A stretch of DNA of 64,000 bases from the human T2T-CHM13v2.0 reference genome, Homo sapiens. Under the pieces are notes generated by a model that saw nothing but the letters and a program-made list of their open reading frames with translations, was not told the DNA's origin and did not search any database. The position numbers and the translations under genes were made by a program. The stretch lies in the NCBI RefSeq assembly GCF_009914755.1, contig NC_060926.1. The stretch is one strand, 5' to 3'. Positions within the stretch are counted from its first letter, which is position 1; every line of letters starts with the position of its first letter. Shown here in pieces: positions 63,141 to 64,000 of this stretch.

Positions 63141-64000
63141 TTGTATTTTTATAAGATATGTGAAAATAGTTCTGCTAGGTTATTTGAGCATCTTCCCCAC
63201 AATCATATATATAGTTAATTTAAGAAATGCTCTTCTATGTTGATAACATAGAGCAAACTTCATTCCACTCCTGTCTGATTACTACAAATTGGTAATGTCC
63301 AAATTAGTAGGCTTTATGAATCACAGGCTGACACTCCTGCAGCTGTTCAAATCAATGAATACTCAATCGCAGATAAAGGAGAGTATCTTGGAATGTCTTT
63401 GTTAAGGATATCCAGGGAAGAAATTCTAGGACTTTCCTTGGAAACCATCTGATATCTCAAAAAACCTTAACCTTAGGAAATTATCCCTGCCCCAGAATTC
63501 TCATGTTGTACATTTATTTCCTCTTTTCCTATACATAGTAGGAGACAGCTGGTCAGTAGTGGGATGGAAGTCAAAAATTTTGACTTCAAATTGTGTTTTT
63601 CTTTAATAGATGCTTTTTTATGCTGGGAATTTGTTGCTCCAAAAGTGGGCCAATTACTAAAGTCATCAGACTCTCTTTCAATTTCTGAGATGTGAAATTG
63701 AAAGAGAGCTGCATATTTTCTTACAGAAAATGCTAGATATAAGGCACAACCAAGGAAGGGGTGGGAGCTCTCTTTCTCTGTTGTGACTTCGTGATTCCTA
63801 GTTAAAGTCTGTGGGTGTCAAGTTGTTTAGTGATGAAGAGAGCAGAAAAGTGCCAAAGAAGCTGGTGATTTGAGACCTTTACTTTGCAAACATTAGTGAT
63901 AGGAAACTAGAGTTGAGGAGAAATTCTAAATTTGAAGAGAGAATTCTAGATTATCCTTCCAAACTAAGTATGTCCAGGAGTTACCAGCCTGAAGACCTCT

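Overview
Primate (almost certainly human) genomic DNA containing the complete MMADHC (cblD, cobalamin trafficking) gene on the minus strand. It has 8 exons, about 42080-60230. The seven coding exons join through GT-AG junctions into an 891-nt ORF (296 aa, [11 protein letters not shown]...HIMKKLSGN), and the promoter is CpG-rich with NRF1, YY1, ETS and CCAAT motifs. The ~42 kb downstream of the gene is repeat-rich intergenic DNA: a full-length, dead L1PA3/4-type LINE-1 (17513-23668, perfect 16-bp TSD), many Alus, old L1/L2/MIR fragments, LTRs and DNA transposons. I found no convincing new biological system. The best second-look items are a 15-codon uORF in exon 1, inverted Alus around stop-free in-frame exon blocks (possible rolling-circle circRNA), two chained local templated insertions upstream of the promoter, a 29-nt orphan retro-insertion, an open L1 ORF0 and a CTCF-like site with its upstream motif. 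Repeat subfamily names come from my recollection of consensus sequences and need RepeatMasker confirmation.
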